Counted from the stretch's first letter, positions 23,999 to 34,524 are shown. The stretch is 64,000 bases of DNA from an uncultured Geobacter sp. (GCA_903902855.1 CAIUWK010000068.1:3363-67362); one strand, 5' to 3'. Notes: generated by a model from the sequence alone, not told the origin. Program-made: numbers and translations.

Positions 23999-26380
23999 TC
24001 ACGGATTCATCGTCGTCACGGTGAATCCGTGGCCACGGGAGCGAAGAATGATGGTGCCGTCCAGATCGGTACGAAAGAGCGCAATCCGCCGAGCATTAAG
24101 CCGCTCCAGGGTCTGGGGCGCCGGGAGGTGGAAGCTGTTGCCGTACCCTGCGGAGATGAGAGCCACCCGGGGAGCAACCGCCTGCAGAAAAGGTTCCGAG
24201 CTGGAGTAGCGGCTGCCGTGGTGCCCGACTTTGAGAATATCCCCCTTCAGCCGTTGAGAATCTTTCAGGAGCAACGCCTCGGTTCGAGTGCCGATGTCTC
24301 CGGTGAAGAGAATTGAGATATCCCGCCAGAGCAGCCGGAATACCAGGGAATCATCATTTACGTCCCCCTTCTCCGCCTGATCGGATACGGGTGCCAGCGG
24401 TTCGATCCTCCCCTCCCCTACCATCAGCGGCAGCGATGAACTGCTGATCCTGACGATGGGAACCTTCCACTTCAGCAACGCAGCACGGAGTGCTCTATAA
24501 TCATCACTCTCCTCGTTCCGGCCGCTCTCCAGGAACTGCCCCACGGGGAAGTTCTCGATGATGAACGTGAGTCCCCGCAGATGATCCGGGTGGGGGTGTG
24601 TCAGCGCCACGACGTCCAGACGGTCCACCCCCAGGGCCCAGAGCGCCGGTGCCAGCAACCGCTCCCCGGTATCCGCTCCCCCCTCCCGCAGGCTCCCGCC
24701 TCCATCCACCAGCAGGGTCTCACCGGCGGGCAACCTGACCAGGGTCGATTCCGCCTGCCCCAGGCTGAAGAACGCCACCTCCAGCTCTTCCCGGGAGACG
24801 CCCCCCCGGAGGAGATGTTCCCCGATTATGAACAGTATCAGGAGGGAGACGGTTACTCCTCTGCTCCTGCGCCCGGACAAAAACGTCACTGCCGCCAGCA
24901 GCAGAAGAGAACAGAGGAGATCCATGCGGGTCGGCGTCCAGTGGGGGAGGAGCGGCAGCTGCGCTAGAGAAATGATGATCCGGTCGGAGAGAAAGACAAG
25001 AAAACCGGCCATATCCAGAATGACTCTCGCCGTTCCCGGCGCCACAAAGACCAGCGGGAGCGCGGCAAAGCCCACCACCACCGCACCATACCCCATGAGC
25101 GGAACGATGAACAGATTGGCGAGAATCCCGGTGGCGGAGCTCCGATGAAAGTAATAGGCCACCGGCACCAGGGTGGCGACGATGGCAGCAAGAGAGGCAG
25201 CCATGAGGAGGAGAAGCGTCCCCACCATCCCCCGCTCCCACCTCTGAATCGGCTTCATGAAAAGTGGGGCCAAGACGATGAGCCCCCAGATGGCGAGGAA
25301 GGAGAGCTGAAAGGAAAGGTCAAAGAGAAGGGGAGGATTGATTCCCAGGAGAAGCGACGCCGCAACGATGAGAAGGTTGATCGGGTCGGTCTCCCGCTGC
25401 ATCCAGAGGGCCAGCGCTCCCAGGACGATCATGATGACGGAGCGGGCCGTGGCCGGGGCTGCCCCGGAAAGGAAGAGATAGAAGAGCACCACCGGCACTC
25501 CCGCCAGGAGCACCCACCGGCGGAGATTGCATCGAAGCGCGAGGGTCTGGGAACAGCGCCCCAGGAGAAAGAGGAGCTGATAGACGGCCAAGGCCACCAC
25601 CGCCACATGAAAGCCGGAGATGGAGAGGATATGATTGACCCCGGACCGGGTATAGGCGGCCTCGATGGCCGGCGTCACATACCCCCGGTCACCCAGGAGA
25701 AGCGCCCGGAGAATTCCCCCCTCTTCTTCGGGAACGGCAGCCGAGATGAAGGCGCCCAGCCGTCGCGCCAACGCATCGATCCCGTGGCGCAGCGGGAAGG
25801 AGGCTTTCCCCCGGATGAGGATCAGGTCGGCGCTCTCCCGGAGATTGCCGGTGACGAAGATCCCCTTCAGCGCCAGGAAGCGGACATGATCGAATTCACC
25901 CGGAAGACCATAGTTGCGGGGACGCCGGAGTTTCGTGACGAAGCGGACCCGATCTCCGGTTACCCAAGGGGTCCGTCCCTCCCGGACGTACAGGAGGAGT
26001 CGGCCGGCCACCGGGATGACCGTACCGTCCGCCGAGAGCCACTCGGTCCGGACCGTTACCCGGCAGCCGGTTTCGGTGCTCTCCGGCCGCTCATCGATGA
26101 TCCCTTCCACGGTCCGTTCCCGGTCGCAGGCATACCATGCCGGGGTATGAAGAGTTATTTCCGGGGTCAGAACCGGCTGAAGGGCACGAATCCCCCAAAA
26201 AAGGGTAGAAAAGAAGAGGAGGAGAAAGAAGAGGGGACGTGTGGGGGTGAAGATTGCGGCAAAGGTCAGGAGAAGAAGCGCCGTCATCCCCCACAGGGGG
26301 ACCGTTACCGGATAGAGCGCGGCCAGGGAGAGGCCAAGGATCGCACCCAGCAGGGGAATGAAGAGCGGCCGGGAGTTCAT
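23999..26380 (-). CDS. comEC: DNA internalization competence protein ComEC/Rec2
   Basis: 793 aa. Polytopic membrane core plus a C-terminal metallo-beta-lactamase fold (LTHPHPDHLRG ... KVGHHGS). Confidence 0.85.
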   Translation of the reverse strand: MNSRPLFIPLLGAILGLSLAALYPVTVPLWGMTALLLLTFAAIFTPTRPLFFLLLFFSTLFWGIRALQPVLTPEITLHTPAWYACDRERTVEGIIDERPESTETGCRVTVRTEWLSADGTVIPVAGRLLLYVREGRTPWVTGDRVRFVTKLRRPRNYGLPGEFDHVRFLALKGIFVTGNLRESADLILIRGKASFPLRHGIDALARRLGAFISAAVPEEEGGILRALLLGDRGYVTPAIEAAYTRSGVNHILSISGFHVAVVALAVYQLLFLLGRCSQTLALRCNLRRWVLLAGVPVVLFYLFLSGAAPATARSVIMIVLGALALWMQRETDPINLLIVAASLLLGINPPLLFDLSFQLSFLAIWGLIVLAPLFMKPIQRWERGMVGTLLLLMAASLAAIVATLVPVAYYFHRSSATGILANLFIVPLMGYGAVVVGFAALPLVFVAPGTARVILDMAGFLVFLSDRIIISLAQLPLLPHWTPTRMDLLCSLLLLAAVTFLSGRRSRGVTVSLLILFIIGEHLLRGGVSREELEVAFFSLGQAESTLVRLPAGETLLVDGGGSLREGGADTGERLLAPALWALGVDRLDVVALTHPHPDHLRGLTFIIENFPVGQFLESGRNEESDDYRALRAALLKWKVPIVRISSSSLPLMVGEGRIEPLAPVSDQAEKGDVNDDSLVFRLLWRDISILFTGDIGTRTEALLLKDSQRLKGDILKVGHHGSRYSSSEPFLQAVAPRVALISAGYGNSFHLPAPQTLERLNARRIALFRTDLDGTIILRSRGHGFTVTTMNP

Positions 26381-26387
26381 ATCATGT

Positions 26388-26450
26388 ACCCTTCACTTTT
26401 CACCATTCACTTTTCACCATTCACCCTTCACAATTCACAATTTACAATGT
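26388..26450. repeat. 7-nt array (CCCTTCA/CTTTTCA/CCATTCA) x9
   Basis: cccttca cttttca ccattca cttttca ccattca cccttca caattca caattta caatgta. Confidence 0.9.
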
Positions 26451-27313
26451 ACCCCTATTCTGCCGCAGAGGTCATCCACGAACTGGCGGGCCGCACGACC
26501 CGAGCGATGCCCCCGCTGGGTAGCCCACCGGAGCGCGGAGAGGCGCAGGGTCTCCGGTGCCACCTTCACCCCGGCCTGAGCCGCATACCCCGCCACGATG
26601 GCCAGATACGTCTCCTGATCAAAGGGGTAGAAGCTGAGCTGCAGCCCGAAGCGGTCAGCCAGAGAGAGCCGGTCGGAGATCGCCTCTTCCGGGTGAATCT
26701 CTTCCCCCCGGGTATCCGCCGTCTGCTCCGGCATGAGGTGGCGCCGGTTGGAGGTGGCATAAATGAGGGTATTGGCGGGGCGTTCCTCCAGACCACCGTC
26801 CAGGAGGGACTTGAGCTCCTGGTACGAGGCGTCCCCCTGGGCAAAGGAGAGGTCATCGCAGAAGACGATGAAACGCCGGGGGTCATCCCGGAGGAGTTCC
26901 AACAGTTGCGGCAGGGTGGAGAGATCGGAACGCTCCACCTCAACGAGGCGCAACCCCCGTTCAGCGAACCGCTTGAGCAGACCCTTCACGCAGGAGGATT
27001 TGCCGGTCCCCCGCTCACCCCAGAGAAGGACGTTGTTGGCCGGGAATCCCGCCACGAACTGCTCCGTGTTCCGGAGCAGATCATCCAGCGAAGAGTCGAT
27101 CCCCACCAGATCATTCAGCTCCACCAGATGGGGATGGCGCACCGGTGTGAGCACTCCCCCCCTCCCCCGCCGTTCCCAGCGGAAGGCGATCCATTGGGCA
27201 AAACAGGCGGGGTCGAAGTGAGTCGCCGGCTGGAACACCTCCAGCAACCCCTCAGCCCGGGCCAGTAGCGACTCCAGCCGCTCTGCCACGTTCTCCCACG
27301 ATTTTTCGGCCAT
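26435..27313 (-). CDS. DUF815-family AAA ATPase
   Basis: 292 aa. Walker A GERGTGKSS and Walker B FIVFCDDLSF. Confidence 0.7.
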   Translation of the reverse strand: MAEKSWENVAERLESLLARAEGLLEVFQPATHFDPACFAQWIAFRWERRGRGGVLTPVRHPHLVELNDLVGIDSSLDDLLRNTEQFVAGFPANNVLLWGERGTGKSSCVKGLLKRFAERGLRLVEVERSDLSTLPQLLELLRDDPRRFIVFCDDLSFAQGDASYQELKSLLDGGLEERPANTLIYATSNRRHLMPEQTADTRGEEIHPEEAISDRLSLADRFGLQLSFYPFDQETYLAIVAGYAAQAGVKVAPETLRLSALRWATQRGHRSGRAARQFVDDLCGRIGVHCKL

Positions 27314-27317
27314 GACG

Positions 27318-27809
27318 TCAGATCCCCCTCAGCGAACAGCTCCGCTCCCACTCGTAGTAGCCGTCTCCGGAGATCGCCCAGAAGCTGCTGATCCGCTCTT
27401 CGTAGAAGAGGTGGTCGTCGCACTCCGCCTCGATCCGTTTCAGGAGGGAGCCGGAGATCAGCTCATGAAGGTTCAGGAACCGGTAAAAAGAGCGTATCCC
27501 GGCAAGATGCCTGGTCAGCTCCTCTATGGTGGGTTCCAGGGTGTTGACGATATACCAGTTAGCGGCAAAGGGCTTCACCGGCGATCGCACCTCGTCGAAG
27601 AGGTGCCACTGCTTGTACCCCACCACGAAGTCACGGATGAAATAGTCGGCGCTTCGGGCCAGTTCCGTGGCTATCTCCGGGTCCCCCCCCTCCGCCTGAA
27701 GCTCTTCGTAGAAGGTCATGAGCAGGTCCCGGCAGAGGCCGTCCACCCGGATTTCATCTTCGATGGTGGCTATGGCAAAATCGACTGGCTGTACATTCAG
27801 AGCGTTCAT
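27318..27809 (-). CDS. hypothetical protein (163 aa)
   Basis: ORF-track ORF 4 nt upstream of the DUF815 gene. No family recognised. Confidence 0.45.
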   Translation of the reverse strand: MNALNVQPVDFAIATIEDEIRVDGLCRDLLMTFYEELQAEGGDPEIATELARSADYFIRDFVVGYKQWHLFDEVRSPVKPFAANWYIVNTLEPTIEELTRHLAGIRSFYRFLNLHELISGSLLKRIEAECDDHLFYEERISSFWAISGDGYYEWERSCSLRGI

Positions 27810-27899
27810 GAAACCTCACGTTCAATGTTGAGACAAAAACAACGCCCCGCGTCCTGGAGTGGATACGGGGCAAAACGAGACTCAGGGAGGGGGGAAATA

Positions 27900-28145
27900 C
27901 TATGCGGCCAACCGCTGCTCTTCGTTACTTAACATCGCGGCTATGCTCAGATGATAATCCAGGTCAGGCCACTCAATGCCGGTTCCCCTGCAGATAAAAC
28001 GATAATTCGACAGTTGCTTGAGTGAGGAGTTACGCAACTCCGGGTACCACTCCATGGGTGTGGATATGATCCGTTTATCGGCTAATTCCACATGCAGATA
28101 GGATTCATCGAAATGGACCTTTTTACCTTTCAGAGAAGAATTCAT
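27900..28145 (-). CDS. DUF2442-family small protein
   Basis: ATG at 28145 with a GGAGA SD. YLHVELADKRIISTPMEWYPEL...IEWPDLDYHLS is DUF2442-like. Confidence 0.55.
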   Translation of the reverse strand: MNSSLKGKKVHFDESYLHVELADKRIISTPMEWYPELRNSSLKQLSNYRFICRGTGIEWPDLDYHLSIAAMLSNEEQRLAA

Positions 28146-28356
28146 ACCATTTCTCCACAAATAGATCTCGATGTATCTTGACCAGTGCCATAACTTTCTT
28201 CAAATCAGCCGGTTTGAAAAAATTCTCCGTCACCGTAAGGGTAGCCAATTCAATCCGGGCGTAGCCGTTGCCCTTTTCCACATGGATATGCAGAGGAAGA
28301 TGTTCATTGGCATAGAAGAAAAATTTGAACCCAGCGTGAACAAGCAGCGTCGGCAT
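28123..28356 (-). CDS. DUF4160-family small protein
   Basis: 77 aa. FKFFFYANEHLPLHIHVEKG is the DUF4160 signature. Overlaps its DUF2442 partner. Confidence 0.6.
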   Translation of the reverse strand: MPTLLVHAGFKFFFYANEHLPLHIHVEKGNGYARIELATLTVTENFFKPADLKKVMALVKIHRDLFVEKWYEFFSER

Positions 28357-28417
28357 GGAGTGAGAGTACGTAATTTATCCCAACGCGTCAAGAACTATGC
28401 CTGCACAAGGAGAAAAG

Positions 28418-29269
28418 TTACCGATTCAGCCTGGGGTCAAGGGCGTCCCGCAACCCTTCCCCCAGGAGATTATAGGCGAGAACCGTCAGGAGAATGGCAA
28501 GACCGGGGAAGAGGGAGAGCCACCAGGCGAACTCGATGTAATCTTTCCCGGCGGTGAGAATATTGCCCCAACTGGGGGTGGGGGGCTGGACCCCGATCCC
28601 CAGAAAGGAGAGGGCCGACTCGGTGAGGATGGCGCCGGCAACCCCCAGGGTGGCGGTCACCAGCACCGGGGAGAGGGCGTTGGGGAGGATATGATGCACG
28701 ATGATCCGGAGATCCGAGGCCCCAAGACCTCGGGCCGCCAGAACGAACTCCCGCTCCCGGAGGGTGAGGACTTCGGCCCGAACCAGCCGCGCCACCCCCA
28801 TCCAACCGGTGAGGCCGATGATGATCATGATGTACCAGATGGAAGGCTCCAGCATGGCGATGACCGCCAGGATCAGGAAGAAGGTGGGAAAGCAGAGCAT
28901 GATATCCACCAACCGCATGAGGAGGGAATCCAGCCAGCCGCCGTAAAAACCGGCCACAAGACCGACGGAAGTCCCGATGAGGACCGCTATCCCCACCGCC
29001 ACGAAGCCGACCTTGAGAGAAACCCGGGCACCGTAGATAACCCGAGTCAGGACATCCCGCCCCAGTTCGTCGGTGCCGAACCAATGCTGGGACGACGGCG
29101 CCAGCAGCACATGCCAGGCGTCCAGGTGGGACGGGTCATAGGGGGTGATGAACGGCGCCAGAAACGAGAGGAGAAAGAGGAACCCCACGACCACCCCCCC
29201 GGCCAGGGCCGGCCGGTTCCGGCAAAATCGTTTCCAGACGACGGATATGAAGTAGCTGTTACGAAACAT
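28418..29269 (-). CDS. peptide/nickel ABC transporter permease (OppC/DppC-like)
   Basis: ATG at 29269, 2 nt after the OppB-like stop. 283 aa with a binding-protein-dependent permease core. Confidence 0.85.
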   Translation of the reverse strand: MFRNSYFISVVWKRFCRNRPALAGGVVVGFLFLLSFLAPFITPYDPSHLDAWHVLLAPSSQHWFGTDELGRDVLTRVIYGARVSLKVGFVAVGIAVLIGTSVGLVAGFYGGWLDSLLMRLVDIMLCFPTFFLILAVIAMLEPSIWYIMIIIGLTGWMGVARLVRAEVLTLREREFVLAARGLGASDLRIIVHHILPNALSPVLVTATLGVAGAILTESALSFLGIGVQPPTPSWGNILTAGKDYIEFAWWLSLFPGLAILLTVLAYNLLGEGLRDALDPRLNR

Positions 29270-29271
29270 AC

Positions 29272-30252
29272 TTATCCCCCCCCATGCCGGATGCGCGGGT
29301 CGGCCAGGGCATAACAGAGGTCGGCCAGCAGGTTCCCCACCAGGGTCAGTCCGGCGCCGATGACCAGGATTCCCATGACCAGCGGATAGTCCCGGGCCAT
29401 GACCCCCATGAAGAAGAGCTGCCCCATGCCGGGGATGGCAAAGATGGTCTCGAAGATGACGCTCCCGCCGATGAGACCGGGAAGGGAAAAACCGAGGAGG
29501 GTGATGATGGGGAGGAGCGCGTTGCGCAGGGCGTGCTTGAGGATCACGGTCCGCTCGCTCAGCCCCTTGGCCCGGGCCGTGGTGATGTAATCCTGACCGA
29601 TGACCTCCAGCATGGTGGAGCGCATGTAGCGGGAGAGTCCGGCCAGGCTGCCGAAGGAGGCCACCCCCAGGGGAAGGATGAGATGCCGCGCCAGGTCCAG
29701 GAGCCAGGGAAACGGCGCCAGCCGTTCGCTCCCCAGGGAGTGGAGCCCGGAGATGGGGAGCCACTCCAGCTTAACCCCGAAGAGGTACATGAGAAGCAGC
29801 GCCAGCCAGAAGGTGGGCATGGCAAACCCCAGGAAGACGAAGAGGGTGAGCCCCTTGTCCAGCAGGGTACTGCGCCGCACCGCCGCCAGGATGCCGATGG
29901 GGAGCGCCAGACCGAATTCCAGAACCAGGGCGATGAGGTTCAGGGAGAGGGTAACCGGAATCCGTTCCCTGATCTTGTCCATGACCGGCCGGTTGTCCGG
30001 AGCAAAGGAGCGACCGAAATCCAGCCGGGCGATTCGCCCCAACCAGAGGCCATACTGGACATGGAGCGGCTTGTCCAGCCCATAGAACTCCCGAAGCCGC
30101 TGGCGAGTCTCGGCGGTGATCTTGGGACTCATGGCGGTCTGCATCTCCACCGGCTCGCCGGGGGCCAGATGGATCACCGTGAAGGTAATCAGGGTGATCC
30201 CCAGGAGCAGCGGGAAGAGCATGGCGATCCGTTTGAGAAGATAGGCTGCCAT
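29272..30252 (-). CDS. peptide/nickel ABC transporter permease (OppB/DppB-like)
   Basis: 326 aa. [34 protein letters not shown] is the canonical OppB N-terminus. Confidence 0.85.
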   Translation of the reverse strand: MAAYLLKRIAMLFPLLLGITLITFTVIHLAPGEPVEMQTAMSPKITAETRQRLREFYGLDKPLHVQYGLWLGRIARLDFGRSFAPDNRPVMDKIRERIPVTLSLNLIALVLEFGLALPIGILAAVRRSTLLDKGLTLFVFLGFAMPTFWLALLLMYLFGVKLEWLPISGLHSLGSERLAPFPWLLDLARHLILPLGVASFGSLAGLSRYMRSTMLEVIGQDYITTARAKGLSERTVILKHALRNALLPIITLLGFSLPGLIGGSVIFETIFAIPGMGQLFFMGVMARDYPLVMGILVIGAGLTLVGNLLADLCYALADPRIRHGGG

Positions 30253-30274
30253 AAAACAGATTTACCCCTTCATA

Positions 30275-31018
30275 TTACGGACAGACGGGATGTCCCAGTA
30301 TCGTTGAATCGAGGTACGTGGTCAGATTGCCGACCAGGATCGGTTCCGGCCGCTCTGCGGCAACAACTCTCTCAGGTTGCGCCGGATACGTCCGCTTCAC
30401 CGCTACCTTGCGGCGGCGGGCCATGGTTGCGGTCACGGCACGCCGGTGCCGGGGCACGACCCTGCGGCAATTTGCAGGCTGAGACTCTTCAATTTTCCGT
30501 GGCGGCGGGAGGAGGGTCGGTGGAGCCTCTTTGTGCGGGGCTTCTTCCCGCTTGCGGGCCGTCTCTTCTCCCTTTCTCCGGGGTGGATCCATCTGCAGCC
30601 GTTGGGCTTCCACCTCCTTGCGGGCCTCGGCCAACAGCTCCTTGTCGGCCACGATCTTCACGGAGAGCTCGTCCAGGGCCGTTCCCACAACCTTAAAAGA
30701 GTCGTCCTGGTTCTCTCCCGGCTTCAGCGTAATCCGGGCGGTTTTTTCCCTGACTCCGTTTCCGGTTTTCCAGGCAATGGTGTATTCAACGGTCACCTCC
30801 CCCTCATACTTGCTGGAAAAGCGCCAGATATGGTCACAATTCACGGCGCCGGCAGGGGGGCAATTGTCGGCAAAACTGAACTCGATGCCGTTCAAGGCCC
30901 CGTCATCCGGCGTCTGCCAGGGGGACCAGTCACGGGCATGAGAGAGTCCCGACGACCCGCATACCAGCAGTGCCAACAGAGATGGCGTCAGGAAGCATTT
31001 CAGAGGGTTATTGCGCAT
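30275..31018 (-). CDS. secreted protein with a basic Pro/Arg-rich C-terminal half, unknown
   Basis: Signal peptide MRNNPLKCFLTPSLLALLVCGSSGLSHA. Inserted between the binding-protein and permease genes. Confidence 0.45.
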   Translation of the reverse strand: MRNNPLKCFLTPSLLALLVCGSSGLSHARDWSPWQTPDDGALNGIEFSFADNCPPAGAVNCDHIWRFSSKYEGEVTVEYTIAWKTGNGVREKTARITLKPGENQDDSFKVVGTALDELSVKIVADKELLAEARKEVEAQRLQMDPPRRKGEETARKREEAPHKEAPPTLLPPPRKIEESQPANCRRVVPRHRRAVTATMARRRKVAVKRTYPAQPERVVAAERPEPILVGNLTTYLDSTILGHPVCP

Positions 31019-32633
31019 ATCTCTGCTCTTTCTTGGGGACATACCACCTGATGAAATCATAGCTGATCCCGGCCGGGGCCGGCACGATCCCCCGGACCCG
31101 GGCGCTCACGGTGGGGAGGGCGTCGGGGACGTACAGGAAAGTATAGGGTTGCTCTTGGGCCAGGATCTCCTGAATCCGCCAGTAGCAGCGCTGTCGCTCT
31201 TTCTGATCGAAGGTTCCCCGTCCCGCCACGATGAGCCGGTCCACCTCCTCGTTCTTGTAGCCGATGAAATTCAGCTCCTTCTTGCCGCTCTTGCTGGAGT
31301 GCCAGACATCGAAGATATCCGGGTCCTGTCCCAGGGTCCACCCCAGGATCACCGCCTCGAAGTTTCGCGTATCGATGAAGTGGGTAATGAAGGAGGCCCA
31401 CTCGATGACCCGGATCTTCATGTCGATCCCCACGGACCGGAGCCGCTGCTGGATGATCTGTGCGCTCTTCAATCGCTCGGCATTCCCCTGGTTGGTCAGG
31501 ACCGTAAACTGAAACGGTTTCCCCCCCTTGTCCAGAATGCCGTCACCGTCCGTGTCGCGCCACCCGGCCTGGGCCAGGAGTCGGCGCGCCTCGGCCGGAT
31601 CATAGGCCGGGTCGATGATGTGGGGATTCCAGGCCCAAGTTCCCGGTTTGTACGGCCCCTTGGCTGTCTGTCCCATCCCCAGGAGCACCCCCTGGATGAG
31701 CTCCTCCTTGTTGATGGCATGGGTCAGGGCGCGCCGTACCCGGAGGTCACTGAAGAGGGGATTCCGGAGATTGTACCCCATATAGACATAGGATGAGGCG
31801 GGATAGCGGTACTTGTTAAAGTGCTCCAGGAAGCTCGCGCCTACGGTCTGACGCTGGTACTGCACCGGGGTCAGATTCATCATGTCGATGCCGCCGGCCT
31901 TCAACTCCAGGTACATGGTGGAGCTATCCGGGATGAGCCTGTCCACCACCCGGTCCAGGTACGGCCTCCCCTCGAAGTAACCGTCAAAGGACTCCAGGGT
32001 GATCTGCTGCCCCGCCACCCACTCCTTCAGCCGGTACGGCCCGGTACCCACCGGTCGCCGCGCCAGGTCGGTGCGGGTGATATCCTTCCCCTCCAGCAGG
32101 TGGGCAGGAAGGATACTGCTTCCCCAGGAGGCCAGGGCCGGGGCAAAGGGGTGATCATAGGTGACCCGGACGGTGTAGGGGTCCGGACACTCCACCTTCT
32201 TGACCTGCTTGAAATCCTCGGCATAGGAGGTGGGGGTCTTGGGGTCGATGGTGACCCCATAGGTATAGAGGACGTCACGGCCGGTAAATTCGTGACCGTC
32301 CTGCCACTTGACCCCTTGACGGAGGTGAAAGGTGATGACGAGCCCGTCGGGGGAGACCTCCCAGGAGCGAGCCAGATCCCCCACAAGATTCAGCTCCTTG
32401 TCGTACTTGACGAGCCCGTTATAGATGTAGCCGGCAATGGAGTGGGAGGCGGCGTCGGAGGCCAGCAGGGGGATGAGGGTGGACGCCTCGCCGATGGAAC
32501 CGGTGACGAGAGTGTCACCGGTGGCCGGAATACCGGCGCTCCGCTGCCGGGGGATACCAGGGGGATCAGGCTGATTACAGCCGGAGAGGAGCAGCAAAGA
32601 GCAGAGGAGCAGGCGGACCAGCCGCACGCTCAT
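31008..32633 (-). CDS. ABC transporter substrate-binding lipoprotein, family 5 (OppA/DppA-like)
   Basis: 541 aa. Lipobox LLSG-C. Typical SBP_bac_5 length and motifs. Confidence 0.85.
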   Translation of the reverse strand: MSVRLVRLLLCSLLLLSGCNQPDPPGIPRQRSAGIPATGDTLVTGSIGEASTLIPLLASDAASHSIAGYIYNGLVKYDKELNLVGDLARSWEVSPDGLVITFHLRQGVKWQDGHEFTGRDVLYTYGVTIDPKTPTSYAEDFKQVKKVECPDPYTVRVTYDHPFAPALASWGSSILPAHLLEGKDITRTDLARRPVGTGPYRLKEWVAGQQITLESFDGYFEGRPYLDRVVDRLIPDSSTMYLELKAGGIDMMNLTPVQYQRQTVGASFLEHFNKYRYPASSYVYMGYNLRNPLFSDLRVRRALTHAINKEELIQGVLLGMGQTAKGPYKPGTWAWNPHIIDPAYDPAEARRLLAQAGWRDTDGDGILDKGGKPFQFTVLTNQGNAERLKSAQIIQQRLRSVGIDMKIRVIEWASFITHFIDTRNFEAVILGWTLGQDPDIFDVWHSSKSGKKELNFIGYKNEEVDRLIVAGRGTFDQKERQRCYWRIQEILAQEQPYTFLYVPDALPTVSARVRGIVPAPAGISYDFIRWYVPKKEQRYAQ

Positions 32634-34354
32634 CGATCTCCGCTCTCGGAGTGGATCTTTTTCAACCGTTCCAGATACTCCTTCTTCTCCGGCTCCTGTT
32701 TAATGAGTTTGCGGTAGGTTGCGATGGCGTTATCATATTCCCGGCTGGCGTAGTACGCCTCGGCCAAATGCTCCAGGATCGCAGGATCGTCGGCAACCAC
32801 CGTGAGGGCTCGCTGCAGGTTGACGATGGCCAGGTCGTACTTCTTCATCTTGTAATAGACCCACCCCAGGCTATCCAGGATGAAGCCGTCACCGGGAGTC
32901 ACCTCCAGGGCGTGATTGATGTACCCCAGAGCCTCGGTGAGATGAACCCCCATATCGGCATAGGTGTACCCCAGGTAGTTCAGAGCCTGGGCATCGTCGG
33001 GGACCATGGCAATGACCTTTTTCATCATGGCGATGGACTCCTCTCTCTTCCCGGTCTTATCGTAGAGTATCCCGATATTGAAGAAGAGCCGGGGCTCCTT
33101 GGGAAAATCATCCGCCACCCTCAACAGGACCTCCACCCCTTTCTGCTGCTCCCCCAGGGAGTCAAGGTACCGGGAGAGGAGCAGATACGGTTCCACCCCC
33201 CCTGTTTTAGCCTCCGCAGCCCTCGTGAGGAGGGCCAGCCCCGCCTGGGGGTTCCCCTGCTCCTTATAGAGGTAGGCGATATGGCTGAGAGCCTCCAGAT
33301 AGACCGGCGCGGTGGGGGGAATTTTCAGAAACTCCTCCAGAGCCTTGGCATTTAGTTCCTTCCCCTCGTAGGCCGATGCCAGATAGAAGCGGAGTTGCCA
33401 GGAATCGGGCTCCTTTTCCAGAAGCGATGCGAAGAGCGCCACGGCGTCGTCATACCGTTCAAGCTCCAGGTAGAGAAGGCCGATTTTTCGCTGGATGTCG
33501 TTGCTCCCATGCCCGGATACCACCAACTCCTTGAGCATTGTCAAGGCATCCTCGTATCGCTGCTGCTGGATGAAGAGCTGAATGAGATGCTGACGGACAA
33601 CGGCGTTGTCCGGATTGTTTTCCAGAAGGGTCCGGTAGGTGACAACGGCGTCGTCGGTGAGCCCCTGGGATTCCTGGGAAATCCCCAGATCGATGAGCGC
33701 CTGCTCGAAGTCGGGCTTGGAAACCAGTGCCCGCTTGTAATAGACGATGGCCTCCTTGGAGAGCTTCATCTGCTCGTAGCTCTTCCCCAGGTAGTAGTTT
33801 ACCAAGGTGGAATCGGGGTCCCGCTCCAGGTATGATTTCAGGATTTTCACCGCCTTGTCATACTCCAACAGTTTGACGTAGGCGACGGAGAGATGCAGAT
33901 AGGCGTCTTCCTTGGCAGGGTCCAGCTCGATGGCCTTGAGATAGTGAGGCACCGACTCTTCATTGCGCCGGACCATGGTGAAGAGATTTGCCAAGAGGAG
34001 CTGGGCCTGACGACTCTCCGGGTCCAGTACCACCGATTTTTCAGTGGCAACGATGGCCTCCTGAATCCGGCTGCTCTTCATATGGATACCGGCGGCGGCC
34101 AGATAGAGATACGCCGCATCAGGGTCATCTTCCATGGCGGTTCCGATGAGCTGGAGCGCCCCGTCCGGGTCCCCCTCCAGAAGCCGCAGACGCGCCCGGG
34201 AGTACTGATAGAGCGCCCTGCTCTTCAGCTCCCGGGGAGTAACGATCTCATCCTGAGCGGCGGAGAGGGGGATCGTTTCCGTGGTTGCGCACGAGGTCAG
34301 GGTAACGGTAAAACAGAGAGTAAGGAGGAGGTGAAGAATAAGTTGCCTATCCAT
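32630..34354 (-). CDS. TPR-repeat lipoprotein
   Basis: ATG at 34354 and lipobox LTS-C. Many A..Y..AL..DP TPR-like repeats. Confidence 0.7.
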   Translation of the reverse strand: MDRQLILHLLLTLCFTVTLTSCATTETIPLSAAQDEIVTPRELKSRALYQYSRARLRLLEGDPDGALQLIGTAMEDDPDAAYLYLAAAGIHMKSSRIQEAIVATEKSVVLDPESRQAQLLLANLFTMVRRNEESVPHYLKAIELDPAKEDAYLHLSVAYVKLLEYDKAVKILKSYLERDPDSTLVNYYLGKSYEQMKLSKEAIVYYKRALVSKPDFEQALIDLGISQESQGLTDDAVVTYRTLLENNPDNAVVRQHLIQLFIQQQRYEDALTMLKELVVSGHGSNDIQRKIGLLYLELERYDDAVALFASLLEKEPDSWQLRFYLASAYEGKELNAKALEEFLKIPPTAPVYLEALSHIAYLYKEQGNPQAGLALLTRAAEAKTGGVEPYLLLSRYLDSLGEQQKGVEVLLRVADDFPKEPRLFFNIGILYDKTGKREESIAMMKKVIAMVPDDAQALNYLGYTYADMGVHLTEALGYINHALEVTPGDGFILDSLGWVYYKMKKYDLAIVNLQRALTVVADDPAILEHLAEAYYASREYDNAIATYRKLIKQEPEKKEYLERLKKIHSESGDR

Positions 34355-34524
34355 GGGAAATCCGTTAATAAAATAGCACCCCTTGAGATGAAGGGGCGCA
34401 GGAGAAAAGGTGCCGGTCAAACGACCAGATGCAAGCGGTAAGGTCCGGAGGGCTCTTTGCCGTCACGTTAGGCAACGTAGCACAAAAAAGCGGAACCGGT
34501 CAAATAAAGAAACAGGAAAGTTCA

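Noticed and set aside
25145-27268. 707-aa plus-strand ORF
   Set aside because: It is antisense to comEC and the DUF815 ATPase. It is extremely R/G/E/P-rich with no recognisable motif, so I treat it as a shadow ORF.
29284-30696. 470-aa plus-strand ORF
   Set aside because: It is antisense to the OppB-like permease and the neighbouring secreted-protein gene. It is a shadow ORF.
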